Shown here: positions 8,996-19,914 of the stretch, one piece after another
Position numbering within the stretch: position 1 is the first letter of the stretch
Layout of the letters: the number at the start of each line of letters is the position of its first letter
Assembly (NCBI GenBank): GCA_050012475.1
Contig: JBEKHC010000019.1
Coordinates: forward strand, 1-59,409
From: Candidatus Velthaea sp.
GTDB taxonomy: Bacteria > Vulcanimicrobiota > Vulcanimicrobiia > Vulcanimicrobiales > Vulcanimicrobiaceae
Reading direction: 5' to 3'
DNA length: 59,409 nt
Notes under the pieces: generated by a model
What the model saw: the letters and a program-made list of their open reading frames with translations, nothing else
Database searches by the model: none
Told to the model about the DNA's origin: nothing
Made by a program: the position numbers and the translations under genes

Positions 8996-11074
8996 ATGAG
9001 TGATTCTGTGGCCGCGATTTGGAAAAACTGTAAACTGGGGGTCAAGCTGCAGGCCGCCTTCGGCCTGGTGATGCTGATCTTCGTCGTCGCGCTAACCGGC
9101 GTTTTCTACTTCTACGAAAAAGTCGCGGCCGTTACCGTGGTGCAAAACACCCAGTTGGTTCCGGCCCGAATCGCCATCTTGCGGACCGAACTCTACGCGC
9201 GAAGCGTCGACGACGACGGGGGCTACTACGTCACCGAACGTCGCCCGGAGCGGGCGGCGAAGTATCTCGCGGTCTACCGGCAAGACCTCGCCACGTTCCA
9301 AACCGAATTGGCCAAGGCGGCCGCCTTGGCGACGACCGACGAAGAACGCGGCGCGATCGCCGACTACCATACGTTTCTCGATGGTCCCGACGGCTATCTG
9401 GAAGGTAACGAAAAAGCTCTGGCGTTGCGTGCCGCCGGCAAGTTCGCGGCAGCGATTCCGGCCTATTTCGATACACCGATCGACCCGCTCGTCAAGGCCG
9501 GCAATCGCTATCGCGACAGCATCAACGTCGCGCTGAACGCCGGCTTCGCCGAGCAAAGCCGGTTGGCGGGTCTGGCGAAGACGATCGGCGGCGCGCTGGC
9601 TGTTTTCGCTCTGGTGCTGGGCTTCGCGATTGCCGCGCTGTTTTCACGCGCCGTTGCGCGCTCGGTCGGTGCGATGAGCACGGCGATCGGCGTGATCGTC
9701 GCCGAAGACATCGAGGCGCTCCAGCTGACCCTCAACCGGTTGGCCGCCGGCGATCTCACGGCTCGTTTCGCGTCGAACCGCGACCGGTTGAACATGCCCG
9801 GCAACGACGAGATCGGCGCGTTGGTCGGCGCCTACAACGCTCTCGCCTGCGCGCTGCACGAGATTTCCGCGAAGTACGATGCGGCGATCGGGAATTTGCG
9901 CGAACTCATTTCGGGCGTTGCGCTCACGAGCCGGTCGCTGGCGGCCGCCTCCGACCAAGCGTCGGCGGCGGCCAAAGAATCGTCGACGGCGGTCGAGCAG
10001 ATCGCGCACGCCGTTGACGTCGTCGCCAGCGGCGCTCACGATCAAGCCAGCAAAATCGCCGATACGGCGACTGCGGTCGAAGAGCTGAGCCGGACCGCCG
10101 AGCAGATCGCGACCGTCGCGACCCACCAAGCCGAATCGATCGCGCTGACGACGGCGGCGCTGCAGCGGCTCGACGACGGCATCGGCGAACTCTCGACCCA
10201 GAGCGCGGCGCTCAACGCCACGGCGCGTGAAGCGTCGGCGGACGCCGCCGGCGGAACGGCGGCAGTCGTCGAGACGGCCGGCACGATGAGCGAGCTCAAA
10301 ACGGTGTCGGCCAAAGCCGCCGCTGCGATGACAAGCCTCGAAGAACGGTCGTCGCAAGTCGAAGAGATCGTCGACACGATCGAAGACATCGCGGATCAGA
10401 CGAATCTGCTGGCGCTCAACGCAGCGATCGAAGCGGCCCGGGCGGGCGAGCACGGGCGCGGCTTTGCCGTCGTTGCCGACGAAGTGCGCAAGCTGGCCGA
10501 ACGCAGTTCGATCGCGACCAAAGAGATCTCAAAGATTCTCAGCGCGATCAAAGCCGAAACGGTGGTGGCTGCCGGCGCGATGCGTTCGTCGTCGACGTCG
10601 ATGGACTCGGGCATCGCGGTTTCGCAGCGCGCATCGCGTTCGCTCGAGACGGTCGGAGCGGCGATTGCTGCGACCACGACGGTCGCGGAGTCGTTGCGCG
10701 TTCGCGCTCAAGAGATGCGCGACGCATCTACCCACGTGACGGAAAACATGTCCAGTGCTTCGGCGGCCGTCGACGAGAACGCCGCAGCAGCAGCGCAGAT
10801 GCGCAGCACGACCGATCACGTCACCTCGGTGATGGTGCCGGTGGCGGCAACGGCGAATCAGAACGCGGCGGCCGCGGGCGAAGCGGCGGTTTCGACCCGT
10901 CAGCTGGCGTTGGGAATCGCCGAGATCGATGCGACGGCGCGGGCGCTGCGCGACCAAGCCGAACAACTCGAAGCGCTCGTCGCCAAGTTTACTTTCGAGG
11001 AATCGCGCCAGGAATCGCGCGGCGCGGCACCGAGCCGGGCAGCGAACCGGCCGGCACCCGCGCTCAATCGCTAA
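8996..11074 (+). CDS. Methyl-accepting chemotaxis protein (TM-4HB sensor-TM-HAMP-MCP signal)
   Basis: [40 protein letters not shown] hairpin tip; two TM segments. Confidence 0.95.
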   Translation: MSDSVAAIWKNCKLGVKLQAAFGLVMLIFVVALTGVFYFYEKVAAVTVVQNTQLVPARIAILRTELYARSVDDDGGYYVTERRPERAAKYLAVYRQDLATFQTELAKAAALATTDEERGAIADYHTFLDGPDGYLEGNEKALALRAAGKFAAAIPAYFDTPIDPLVKAGNRYRDSINVALNAGFAEQSRLAGLAKTIGGALAVFALVLGFAIAALFSRAVARSVGAMSTAIGVIVAEDIEALQLTLNRLAAGDLTARFASNRDRLNMPGNDEIGALVGAYNALACALHEISAKYDAAIGNLRELISGVALTSRSLAAASDQASAAAKESSTAVEQIAHAVDVVASGAHDQASKIADTATAVEELSRTAEQIATVATHQAESIALTTAALQRLDDGIGELSTQSAALNATAREASADAAGGTAAVVETAGTMSELKTVSAKAAAAMTSLEERSSQVEEIVDTIEDIADQTNLLALNAAIEAARAGEHGRGFAVVADEVRKLAERSSIATKEISKILSAIKAETVVAAGAMRSSSTSMDSGIAVSQRASRSLETVGAAIAATTTVAESLRVRAQEMRDASTHVTENMSSASAAVDENAAAAAQMRSTTDHVTSVMVPVAATANQNAAAAGEAAVSTRQLALGIAEIDATARALRDQAEQLEALVAKFTFEESRQESRGAAPSRAANRPAPALNR

Positions 11075-11224
11075 CGTCGCTCGCCGCCCGTCTGCGACAC
11101 GCACCGGCGTCATCGCGGTACGGGCGATGGCTCGGGGTCACGCCCAAATGCCGGTCCACGGCAGAAAAGTTTCGCGCCGGACGTGCGAGGACTCCCCGTC
11201 CCCGAGGACAATCGTAATCGGGAT

Positions 11225-14200
11225 ATGACCCGGCGTACCGTCCTTGTCATCGGCTCCGGTCCGATCATTATCGGACAAGCCGCCGAATTCGACTACGCCG
11301 GCGTGCAAGCGTGTCGCGCGCTGCGCGAGGAAGGCCTGCGGGTCGTCCTCGTCAATTCCAATCCGGCCACGATCATGACCGACCCCGAGGTTGCCGACGC
11401 GGTTTACCTCGAGCCCCTGACGGTCGCGTCGCTCGAGCGCATCATCGCGCGCGAGCGGCCAGATGCCCTGCTGCCGACGCTGGGTGGACAGACCGGCTTG
11501 AATTTGGCGGTCGAACTCGCCGAGGCGGGGGTGATCGCCAAGTACGACGTCGAGTTGTTGGGCACGCCGCTCGAGACGATCAAGCTGGCCGAAGACCGCG
11601 AGCGCTTCAAAGCCAAGATGATCGAGATCGGCGAGCCCGTCCCGGCCAGTGCGATCGTCACGGATATCGAAAGCGGGATCGTTTTTGCCAACACGCAGAG
11701 CTACCCGCTCATCGTGCGCCCGGCATATACGCTGGGCGGCACCGGCGGCGGTTTGGTGTATTCCGAGACCGAGTTGCGCGCGACGCTCAAGACCGGCCTG
11801 GATGCGAGCATTATCCATCAGGCGCTCGTCGAGAGTTCGCTCTTGGGCTGGAAAGAGATCGAGTACGAAGTTCTGCGCGACCGCGCGGACAATTGCATCA
11901 TCGTCTGCAACATGGAAAACATCGATCCGGTCGGCGTCCACACCGGCGATTCGGTCGTCGTGGCTCCGTCGCAGACGCTTTCCGATCTCGACTACCAGAT
12001 GCTGCGCAGCGCCAGCATCAACGTCATCCGGGCGCTCAAAGTGCAGGGCGGGTGCAACATTCAGTTCGCGCTGCATCCCGAGCGCAACGAGTACCAAATC
12101 ATCGAAGTCAACCCGCGCGTTTCGCGCAGCTCGGCGCTGGCCTCGAAAGCGACGGGCTATCCGATCGCGAAGATTTCGACCAAGATTGCGCTCGGGCAGA
12201 CGCTGGACGAAATTCCCAATCCCGTTACCGGCGTTACCAAAGCCGCCTACGAGCCAACGCTCGATTACTGCGTGGTCAAATTCCCGCGCTGGCCGTTCGA
12301 CAAGTTTCCCCTGGCCGATACGCGGCTGGGCACGCAGATGAAATCGACGGGCGAAGCGATGGGGATCGGCCGCACGTTTCGGGCCGCGTTCATGAAAGCC
12401 GTGCGTGGGCTCGATCTCAAGTTCGAGACGCTGACCGGCGGAACGTACGGCGATTGGAGCCGCGACGAACTCGAACGGATTCTCGCCACGCCGACGCACG
12501 AGCGGCTGTTCGCGGTGGCCGAACTGTTGCGCCGTGGGCGGACGATCGATCAGCTTCACGCGATCTCCACGATCGATCGTTTCTGGCTGTGGGAGTTCGC
12601 CGAGCTCGTCGCGCTCGAAGAGCGGCTGCGGGCCGGACGCGGCGGCGCGCCCGACCCCGAGCTCGTGCGCACGGCGATCGAGTCCGGCTACAGCTTACGC
12701 GGCATCACGTCGCTGTGCGGCGCCGCGGTCGATTTCGGCGGCCCGAACACCGGACAGTTCCGGATGGTCGACACGGCGGCCGCGGAGTTTCCGGCCCGAT
12801 CACCCTACTACTATCTTTCGCGCAACGAAGGCGATGAGATGCGCCGCCCGCCCAACGAGGCGGTGGTCGTCGTCGGCAGCGGACCGATTCGGATCGGCCA
12901 AGGGATCGAGTTCGATTACTCGTGCGTGCACGCGGCGTGGGCGCTGCGGGAGGCCGGCTGCTCGCCGGTCGTCATCAACAACAACCCCGAAACCGTGTCG
13001 ACGGATTTCGATATCTCCGACGTGCTGATCTTCGAGCCGCCGGGCGCCGACGAAGTCGAAGCGGCGTATCGCGCGACGAACGCGCGCGGCGTCATGCTGG
13101 CCTTTGGCGGCCAGACGGCGATCAATTTGGCCGACGACTTGGCCAAGCGCGGGGTGAGAATCATCGGCAGCGACCGCGCGTCGCTCGACATGGCCGAGGA
13201 TCGCGAGAAGTTCGACGCGGCACTTACCCGCCTCGGCGTCGCGCGACCGCAGGGCCGGGCAGCGCGAACGTTCCGTGAGGCGCGCGTCATCGCCCGCGAA
13301 CTCGGTTTCCCGGTGCTGGTGCGGCCGTCGTACGTCCTGGGCGGCCGCGGCATGGAGATCGTCTACAACGAGGGTCAGCTCGCGTCGTACATCGGTGCGG
13401 CGCCGCCGCCGACGCCGGGGGCGCCGCTGCTCGTCGACAAGTATCTGCGCGGGCTCGAAGTCGAAGTCGACGCCGTGTTCGACGGCGAGGACATTCTCAT
13501 TCCCGGCATCTTCGAACACGTCGAACGGGCCGGCATCCATTCCGGCGATTCGATCAGCGTGTACCCCACGCAAACAGTGTCGACGGAAATGGAAGGCCGC
13601 ATCGTCGACGTCACGCACGCCATCGCGCGCGAACTGGGAATTCGCGGTCTGATCAACATTCAGTTCGTGGTTTTCGACGAGAATCTGTTCATCATCGAAG
13701 CCAACCCGCGCGCCAGCCGGACGGTGCCGATCATCTCGAAAGCGACCGGCGTGAACATCGTCGCCGCGGCGACGCGGATCGCCCTGGGCGAGCGCTTGCG
13801 CGACATGCCGTACGGCATCGGACTGCTGCCGCGGCCGGACTTCACGGTCGTCAAAGTGCCGGTCTTCTCGTTCGCGAAGATGCGCGGCGTCGAAACCATC
13901 TTGGGGCCCGAAATGAAGTCGACGGGCGAGGTGCTCGGCATCGATTCGACCTATGCCGGAGCCCTGCGCAAAGGCTTCGTCGGCGCGGGGATCCGTCTGC
14001 CGCGCGACGGCGGCCGGGTGTTGGTGTCGATCTCCGACGAAGAGAAAGCCGACGGCGTCGCGCTGATGCGGCGCTATGTGGCGTTGGGCCACACGCTGAT
14101 CGCGACACCTGGAACGCACGCCTGGCTGACCGCCGCCGGTATCGCTGCCGAATTCGTCAACAAGATCAGCGACGGATCGCCGCACGTGCTCGACGTGATC

Positions 14201-14413
14201 ATGCGCCGCGACGTCGATCTCGTCATCAACAACGCGACGGGTTCACGTGAACTGGCCGACAACTATCGCATTCGCCGCGCGGCCGTCGAAGCGTCGATCG
14301 CCTGCCTCACGAGCCTCGATACCGCCACCGCGCTCGTGACCGCGTTCGAATCCGAGTCCGGACCGCCGCGCTCACTGCAGGAGTATCAAGGCTCGCGCTT
14401 CGCCGCGCGCTGA
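11225..14413 (+). CDS. carB: Carbamoyl-phosphate synthase large subunit
   Basis: IGSGPIIIGQAAEFDYAG, NSNPATIMTD, second half GSGPIRIGQGIEFDY, C-terminal MGS domain. Confidence 0.98.
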   Translation: MTRRTVLVIGSGPIIIGQAAEFDYAGVQACRALREEGLRVVLVNSNPATIMTDPEVADAVYLEPLTVASLERIIARERPDALLPTLGGQTGLNLAVELAEAGVIAKYDVELLGTPLETIKLAEDRERFKAKMIEIGEPVPASAIVTDIESGIVFANTQSYPLIVRPAYTLGGTGGGLVYSETELRATLKTGLDASIIHQALVESSLLGWKEIEYEVLRDRADNCIIVCNMENIDPVGVHTGDSVVVAPSQTLSDLDYQMLRSASINVIRALKVQGGCNIQFALHPERNEYQIIEVNPRVSRSSALASKATGYPIAKISTKIALGQTLDEIPNPVTGVTKAAYEPTLDYCVVKFPRWPFDKFPLADTRLGTQMKSTGEAMGIGRTFRAAFMKAVRGLDLKFETLTGGTYGDWSRDELERILATPTHERLFAVAELLRRGRTIDQLHAISTIDRFWLWEFAELVALEERLRAGRGGAPDPELVRTAIESGYSLRGITSLCGAAVDFGGPNTGQFRMVDTAAAEFPARSPYYYLSRNEGDEMRRPPNEAVVVVGSGPIRIGQGIEFDYSCVHAAWALREAGCSPVVINNNPETVSTDFDISDVLIFEPPGADEVEAAYRATNARGVMLAFGGQTAINLADDLAKRGVRIIGSDRASLDMAEDREKFDAALTRLGVARPQGRAARTFREARVIARELGFPVLVRPSYVLGGRGMEIVYNEGQLASYIGAAPPPTPGAPLLVDKYLRGLEVEVDAVFDGEDILIPGIFEHVERAGIHSGDSISVYPTQTVSTEMEGRIVDVTHAIARELGIRGLINIQFVVFDENLFIIEANPRASRTVPIISKATGVNIVAAATRIALGERLRDMPYGIGLLPRPDFTVVKVPVFSFAKMRGVETILGPEMKSTGEVLGIDSTYAGALRKGFVGAGIRLPRDGGRVLVSISDEEKADGVALMRRYVALGHTLIATPGTHAWLTAAGIAAEFVNKISDGSPHVLDVIMRRDVDLVINNATGSRELADNYRIRRAAVEASIACLTSLDTATALVTAFESESGPPRSLQEYQGSRFAAR

Positions 14414-14432
14414 CTGGAGGCGGCTGAACCCT

Positions 14433-14885
14433 CTACAGCCGCAGCGCAAGACCCGCGAAGATCGCCTGTCCGGTGTAGTGATTGAGGCCGGCGTAGTAGC
14501 GGCCGATGACGTCGACGTGCGGCGCCACGCTCTTCCCCGCCATGAGGTCGTAGAGCAGGCCGGTCGTCAGCGGCTGATCGAGCCGCCCGAAACCGACGCC
14601 GCCGCCGGCGAACAGGCCGCCGGGAATGTGCGCGACGCCTTCGGCCGTGGCGGCGTAGCGGCCGCCGCTCTCGAACGGAAACGCGAAGCTCAATTGCGGG
14701 TGAATGCCCGGCAACGCGATGCCGGTGCCGTGCAGCGTCGCGACCGCGCCCAGCGATGAGGTTTTGTCGGTCGTCGCCATATAGCCGGCCGAGACATCGA
14801 TTTGCGGGATGCTCTGCGCGCACGCTGCGGCCGGAACGGCGGCGAGCGCGGCGGTGACGAGCGAGAGTCCAATGAATTTGTTCAC
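14433..14885 (-). CDS. Secreted protein, probable small outer-membrane beta-barrel
   Basis: Signal peptide, alternating beta-strand pattern, C-terminal IFAGLALRL. Confidence 0.6.
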   Translation of the reverse strand: MNKFIGLSLVTAALAAVPAAACAQSIPQIDVSAGYMATTDKTSSLGAVATLHGTGIALPGIHPQLSFAFPFESGGRYAATAEGVAHIPGGLFAGGGVGFGRLDQPLTTGLLYDLMAGKSVAPHVDVIGRYYAGLNHYTGQAIFAGLALRL

Positions 14886-15028
14886 AGCGTCCACCGTACC
14901 GTACCAGCCTTAGACTTCGCCGAGAAACGCAAGCATCCGGCGTCCCGACCGAAGTCGCCGGAGGAATCGGCGCGCGGAAAGCCGCGCCGGGAGATGCGTT
15001 GCCGCGCTCGCGTCGTAACCAACCGGAA

Positions 15029-15778
15029 ATGACCGAAGCCGTCGACGTCGAGCCGCGCGCCTATATCCTCGGGGGAAACGCAAGCACGCTCGCATTTGTC
15101 TCTAGCCTGATCCCCGAAAATCGGCAGATCACGACCTGGCTCGTCCCGATCGCCTGGACGCCCATCGGTGTGGCGATCGGCGAAAACTGGCAAAAGGTCA
15201 ACATTGCCGCCGACAACGTTCCGGGTTGGGCCGATCAGACGTTTTCGCCCGACGACGAGCGTTCGTTCGTGACGTCCCTGCGCGATCTGGAGATGCTCAT
15301 GCGCATCGGCTGGAGTGCCGCGTTGCCCAGCGAGTTGAGCGAAACGGCGATCGTCAATCCCGAGGACATTCCCGAAGATGTTCTCGACGGTATCGGGCAC
15401 CCGCCCGAAGTGCTGACACAGTGCGCGATCTGTCGCCGCACCTGCGTGCGCGATCACTTCGTTTGGAACGAGCGCCGGATGTGCGCCTGGGACTATCACG
15501 CGACGGTCTTCGGCAAACGCGGACCGTGGCGCGACGAGCCGTACGAAGACCGCCACTTTCAAACCTTGCCGCAGGCGAAATATGTCGCCGGCGGCCTGCT
15601 CGAAGACGTCGGCGTCGATGCCATTCTGGCGATCGACGGGCTCGACGACGCGCTGTCGCAGTCGCTCATCGCGCAAGTGATGGCGAGCGATCCCGGCGCT
15701 CATCTGGCCGTGCGGACCGAGGGCGGGTACACGTTGCTGCGCGAACGCGCTGCGCCGCCGCCGGGAGAAGCGAACTGA
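15029..15778 (+). CDS. Hypothetical protein with CxxC...C...H putative Zn site
   Basis: CAICRRTC...MCAWDYH; coding-like codon bias; overlaps the start of the next gene. Confidence 0.7.
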   Translation: MTEAVDVEPRAYILGGNASTLAFVSSLIPENRQITTWLVPIAWTPIGVAIGENWQKVNIAADNVPGWADQTFSPDDERSFVTSLRDLEMLMRIGWSAALPSELSETAIVNPEDIPEDVLDGIGHPPEVLTQCAICRRTCVRDHFVWNERRMCAWDYHATVFGKRGPWRDEPYEDRHFQTLPQAKYVAGGLLEDVGVDAILAIDGLDDALSQSLIAQVMASDPGAHLAVRTEGGYTLLRERAAPPPGEAN

Positions 15779-17169
15779 CGGATCGCGCACTCGCGCGGCT
15801 TGGAACGCTCTTCGTCGCCCTCTTCGCGCTGCTCATCGGCCGCCAGCTCTGGCTGGTTTTCGTCGACGCTCCGGCACTCGACGCCGACGCGCGCAATCCG
15901 CGCCACACGCGGGTCGCGGTCGGCCGCGGCTCGATCGTTGCGCGCGACGGAACGCCGCTGGCATTCACCCGGAACGGGACGCGCATCTATCCGTTCGGGG
16001 CGGCGCTCGCGCACGCGGTGGGGTACGCTTCGTCCCGCTACGGAACCGCGGGTCTCGAAGACGCGTTCGACCGCATCCTGCGCGCGCCGCGCGACGCGCC
16101 CGATCCGCTGGCCCAAGCCGTTGAAATCGTTACTGGAGCGCATCGTGCGCCGCGCGGCGGCGACGTCGTCACGACCTTGGACATCGATGTCCAGAAAGCG
16201 CTCGTCGCCGGCCTGACACCTTACCCGCGCGCGGCGGGCGTGGTGCTCGACCCGCGCAGCGGGGCAGTGCTCGCGCTGGCCAGCGTTCCGGGCTTCGACC
16301 CCAACACGCTCGACGGCAATTTCCCCACGCTGCTGCACAATACGCAGAGCCCGCTGCTCGACCGTGCAATCTCCGGCCTTTATCCGCCCGGCTCAACGTT
16401 CAAGATCGTGACCGCGTCCGATGCGCTCGATGCCGGCATCGTTACGCCGGCGTCGACCTTCACCGATACGGGCGGGTTCGCGGTCGGACGCTTCGTCGTG
16501 CGCAACGATGAAGAAGAGTCGACCGGTAGGCAGACGCTCGTCGGCGCGTTTGCACTTTCGAGCAACGTCGATTTTGCCCGCATCGCGCTGGATCTCGGGG
16601 TCGACCGCTGGTTCGCGTACGCCGCGCGCTGGGGCTTGGGCGATTCGCTGGAATTCGACCTGCCCGCCGCGCGCGACCGGCTGCCGGCGAAAGCCGCGGT
16701 CAGCCCGTCGGTCTTGGCCCAACTCGGATTCGGTCAAGCCGCGCTGCTGGTCACGCCCTTGCGCATGGCGCTGGTCGCCGCGACGATTGCCAACGCCGGA
16801 GCGACCCCGCGCCCGTTTCTGGTCTCTCGTCTGGCACAACAAAACAATAGCTTGGCAACGCGGCCGGAAACACTCGCCCAGCCGATTTCGGCGCAGACCG
16901 CCGAAGCCGTGCGTGACATGATGATCGAGGTTGTGACGCGCGGAACCGGAACGGCAGCCGCCCTTCCCAACGTTACCGTTGCTGGGAAGACGGGAACGGC
17001 GACGAATCCGCACGGGAAGTCGCATGCTTGGTTCGTGGCCTTTGCTCCGGCGCGGGCGCCGCGCGTCGCCGTCGCGGTGGTGGTGGAGAATGCCGGCTAC
17101 GGAGGAACCTTCGCTGCCCCGATTGCCAAACGCGTGCTACGGGTGGCGCTGGCCAAAGAGGGAAGTTAA
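15775..17169 (+). CDS. pbpA: Class B penicillin-binding protein (PbpA-like transpeptidase)
   Basis: N-terminal TM, RGSIVARDG, PPGSTFK (SxxK), SSN, KTGT, HAWF. Start position uncertain. Confidence 0.88.
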   Translation: MTDRALARLGTLFVALFALLIGRQLWLVFVDAPALDADARNPRHTRVAVGRGSIVARDGTPLAFTRNGTRIYPFGAALAHAVGYASSRYGTAGLEDAFDRILRAPRDAPDPLAQAVEIVTGAHRAPRGGDVVTTLDIDVQKALVAGLTPYPRAAGVVLDPRSGAVLALASVPGFDPNTLDGNFPTLLHNTQSPLLDRAISGLYPPGSTFKIVTASDALDAGIVTPASTFTDTGGFAVGRFVVRNDEEESTGRQTLVGAFALSSNVDFARIALDLGVDRWFAYAARWGLGDSLEFDLPAARDRLPAKAAVSPSVLAQLGFGQAALLVTPLRMALVAATIANAGATPRPFLVSRLAQQNNSLATRPETLAQPISAQTAEAVRDMMIEVVTRGTGTAAALPNVTVAGKTGTATNPHGKSHAWFVAFAPARAPRVAVAVVVENAGYGGTFAAPIAKRVLRVALAKEGS

Positions 17170-17249
17170 TTCACAATCATGCTGGCGGAGGGCGCGCGAC
17201 GAAAAACGGCTCGGGCGAATTCGATGGTGCGCGCATTGACGGCGGTCGC

Positions 17250-19376
17250 GTGAGCGGAATCCCCGTCAACCCGGAGCGGATCTTCAACAACCGCTACCGG
17301 ATCGAGAGCCGGCTGGGAAACGGCGGGATGGCGCTGGTCTATTCCGGCACCGATACGCTGCTGCGCCGCCGCGTGGCGATCAAAGTGCTGCGCGAACAGT
17401 ACGCCGCGGACGACGACTTCGTCAAGCGCTTTTCGTACGAAGCACAAGCGGCCGCCAAACTTTCGCATCCCAACATCGTGAGCGTATACGATTTCGGCAG
17501 TGAAGACCACGCGCATTTCATCGTGATGGAACTCGTCGACGGCGAGACGCTGGCCGAGCAAATCGCCGCCGAGCGGATCGTCCCCGAACCCGTCGCCATC
17601 GAGTACGCGATCCAAATCGCCAGCGGTCTGGCGTATGCGCATCGCCAAGGACTGCTGCACCGCGACATCAAGCCGGCCAACATCCTCATCACCAAAGACG
17701 ACGTCGTGAAGATCTCCGATTTCGGCATCGCCCGGGCCGTCTCGGAAAATACGCTGGGCGTCACGCAGCCCGGCATGGTCATGGGCAGCGTTTACTACCT
17801 GTCGCCCGAACAAGCGCAAGGGTTGGAGATCGACGAAACCTCCGATCTGTATTCGGTCGGCGTCGTGCTGTATCAAATGCTTACCGGCACGCTGCCGTTT
17901 GCCGGCGATTCACCGGTGGCCGTCGCGCTCAAGCATGTCTCGACCCCCGCACCGGCGATCGACTCGCAAGCGACGGGCATCAGTCCGGCATTGGCCTCGA
18001 TCGTTGCCCGGCTGCTGCAAAAGAATCCGCGCGACCGGTTCGGCTCGGCGACCGAGCTTGCATCGGCACTGCGCGATGCTCGGGAGCGGCCTAGCGTAGC
18101 GCAGCCGGCCGGCACGACGCCGGCCGCTTCGGTCAATCCGCTGCGGCCGCCGCCGCGCCGCTCCGCCGCGCCCGACCGCCGGCCGGGGCCGGCAAACGCC
18201 GCCGGCAGCGCCGGGTCGCGCGTCGAGGCTGCTCCGCTGCGGCCCGCGCTGCGCGTGATTGCGTTCGCCGCGCTGCTGGTCGTCGCGGTGATCGCGGGTT
18301 ACCTGCTGTTCTGGCGCACGCGGCCCGTCATCAATACGCTCACGCTGGGCGATTACACGAATCGCAGCGTGAATGCAGCCCAGCAAGATCTCGCCGGCTT
18401 CGGGCTGGTGCCCAAGATCTCGCAGACGACGAGCGAGACCGTCGCGCCCAACCACGTGATCCGGCAGAATCCGCTTCCCGGCAGCAAACTCGTCAAAGGG
18501 GCGCAGGTCGAACTGGTCATCAGCAGCGGCGCACCATTCGTCCCCGTGCCGTCGATCGTCGGCTACACCAGTTCCGATGCTCAGCGCGAATTAGCGAGCA
18601 GCAAGCTGCGCGCTCGCATCGTTGAACGCTACGGCAACGAACCCAAAGACCAAGTCGTCGCGATCGCGCCGGCGCCGGGCCAACAATTACGGGAAGGCTC
18701 GCTGGTGACGTTGACCGTCTCGCGCGGTCTGCAGCCCGCGCACGTTCCCAACGTCGTGAGCATGAACGTCGACGATGCGCGCGCCGCACTGCACAAACTC
18801 GGGCTGACGCTCAACATCGTCGACAAACAGGTCAGCGACACCATCCCGCAAGATACGATCATGTCGCAGGCGCAAGCACCCAATTCACAAGCCGATCGCG
18901 GTTCGGCCATCGATGTCATGGTGAGCTTGGGGCCGACCTCGGCCACCATCCCGGACGTCGGCGGGAAGACGCCGGCCGACGCGCTTGCGCTCTTGCGCGG
19001 TGCCGGTTTCGTTCCGCAGATCACCTACAACGTCGACCCCACCAATGCGGGCGGCACCGTGACCGCGCAGCAGCCCGGTCCCGGCGGTTCGATCAAACGC
19101 GGTTCGACCGTCGCGATCTTCATCGGCGTTCCCGGCACCGTTCCCGATGTCGCCGGAATGACGCTCGACGACGCCAAGGCGGCGCTCGAAAAGAACGGCT
19201 ATGAGAGCGGCAACATTGCATTCACGACCGACTGCGTCGGCGCGACGGCCGACGATACGACGCCGTGCCCGGGAGACGAAGGCAAGATCGTGCGGACCGA
19301 ACCCGAGGCCAACAAGGACGTCAAACCGGGCGAGGCGGTCACGCTGTACGTGCATCGCGCGGAGCCGCCGAAGTGA
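17250..19376 (+). CDS. pknB: Stk1/PknB-family Ser/Thr kinase with PASTA domains
   Basis: GNGGMA, VAIK, HRDIKPAN, DFG, YLSPE motifs; TM; about four PASTA repeats. Start approximate. Confidence 0.95.
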   Translation: MSGIPVNPERIFNNRYRIESRLGNGGMALVYSGTDTLLRRRVAIKVLREQYAADDDFVKRFSYEAQAAAKLSHPNIVSVYDFGSEDHAHFIVMELVDGETLAEQIAAERIVPEPVAIEYAIQIASGLAYAHRQGLLHRDIKPANILITKDDVVKISDFGIARAVSENTLGVTQPGMVMGSVYYLSPEQAQGLEIDETSDLYSVGVVLYQMLTGTLPFAGDSPVAVALKHVSTPAPAIDSQATGISPALASIVARLLQKNPRDRFGSATELASALRDARERPSVAQPAGTTPAASVNPLRPPPRRSAAPDRRPGPANAAGSAGSRVEAAPLRPALRVIAFAALLVVAVIAGYLLFWRTRPVINTLTLGDYTNRSVNAAQQDLAGFGLVPKISQTTSETVAPNHVIRQNPLPGSKLVKGAQVELVISSGAPFVPVPSIVGYTSSDAQRELASSKLRARIVERYGNEPKDQVVAIAPAPGQQLREGSLVTLTVSRGLQPAHVPNVVSMNVDDARAALHKLGLTLNIVDKQVSDTIPQDTIMSQAQAPNSQADRGSAIDVMVSLGPTSATIPDVGGKTPADALALLRGAGFVPQITYNVDPTNAGGTVTAQQPGPGGSIKRGSTVAIFIGVPGTVPDVAGMTLDDAKAALEKNGYESGNIAFTTDCVGATADDTTPCPGDEGKIVRTEPEANKDVKPGEAVTLYVHRAEPPK

Positions 19377-19912
19377 CGGTGCGGCGCATCTTGGGCGTCG
19401 ATCCCGGGTTGCGCACGACGGGCTACGGAGTGATCGACTGCGAGCACGGCCGCTGCCGGCTCGTCGAAGGCGGGATTCTGGTGCCGCGCGCGGATTTGCC
19501 GCTCGAAGGACGGTTGACGCAACTGCATGCAGCGATGGTCGAAGTCGTGGTCGCGACCCGGCCCGACTGCATGGTCGTCGAAGAGCTTTGGACGTCGTAC
19601 AAAAATCCGACCACAGCCGTGCTCATGGGACACGCGCGCGGCGTGATCGCGTTAGCTGCCGGCGCCAACGGCGTCGGCGTGGAGCACTTGGCGCATTCGC
19701 TCGTCAAGCGTGCGCTGGCGGGCAGCGGCGCCGCACCCAAAGCGCAAGTGAGCGGCATGGTGATGCAGCTGCTGGGCCTGCGAACGGCGCCGCAGCCGGC
19801 CGATGTGTCCGATGCGTTGGCGCTCGCGATTGCCTTCGCCAACATCGACGCGCAGCGCGCGCGCTTCGCCCAAGCCGGGATCAGCGTCGCGCGACGGCGC
19901 GCGCGGGGTTAA
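19373..19912 (+). CDS. ruvC: Holliday junction resolvase
   Basis: RILGVDPGLRTTGYGVI, VEE, ARGV, DVSDALALA. Confidence 0.95.
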   Translation: MTVRRILGVDPGLRTTGYGVIDCEHGRCRLVEGGILVPRADLPLEGRLTQLHAAMVEVVVATRPDCMVVEELWTSYKNPTTAVLMGHARGVIALAAGANGVGVEHLAHSLVKRALAGSGAAPKAQVSGMVMQLLGLRTAPQPADVSDALALAIAFANIDAQRARFAQAGISVARRRARG

Positions 19913-19914
19913 CG

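Noticed and set aside
11225..14413. carB without adjacent carA as an unusual feature
   Set aside because: Separation of carA and carB is common; carA is probably elsewhere in the genome.
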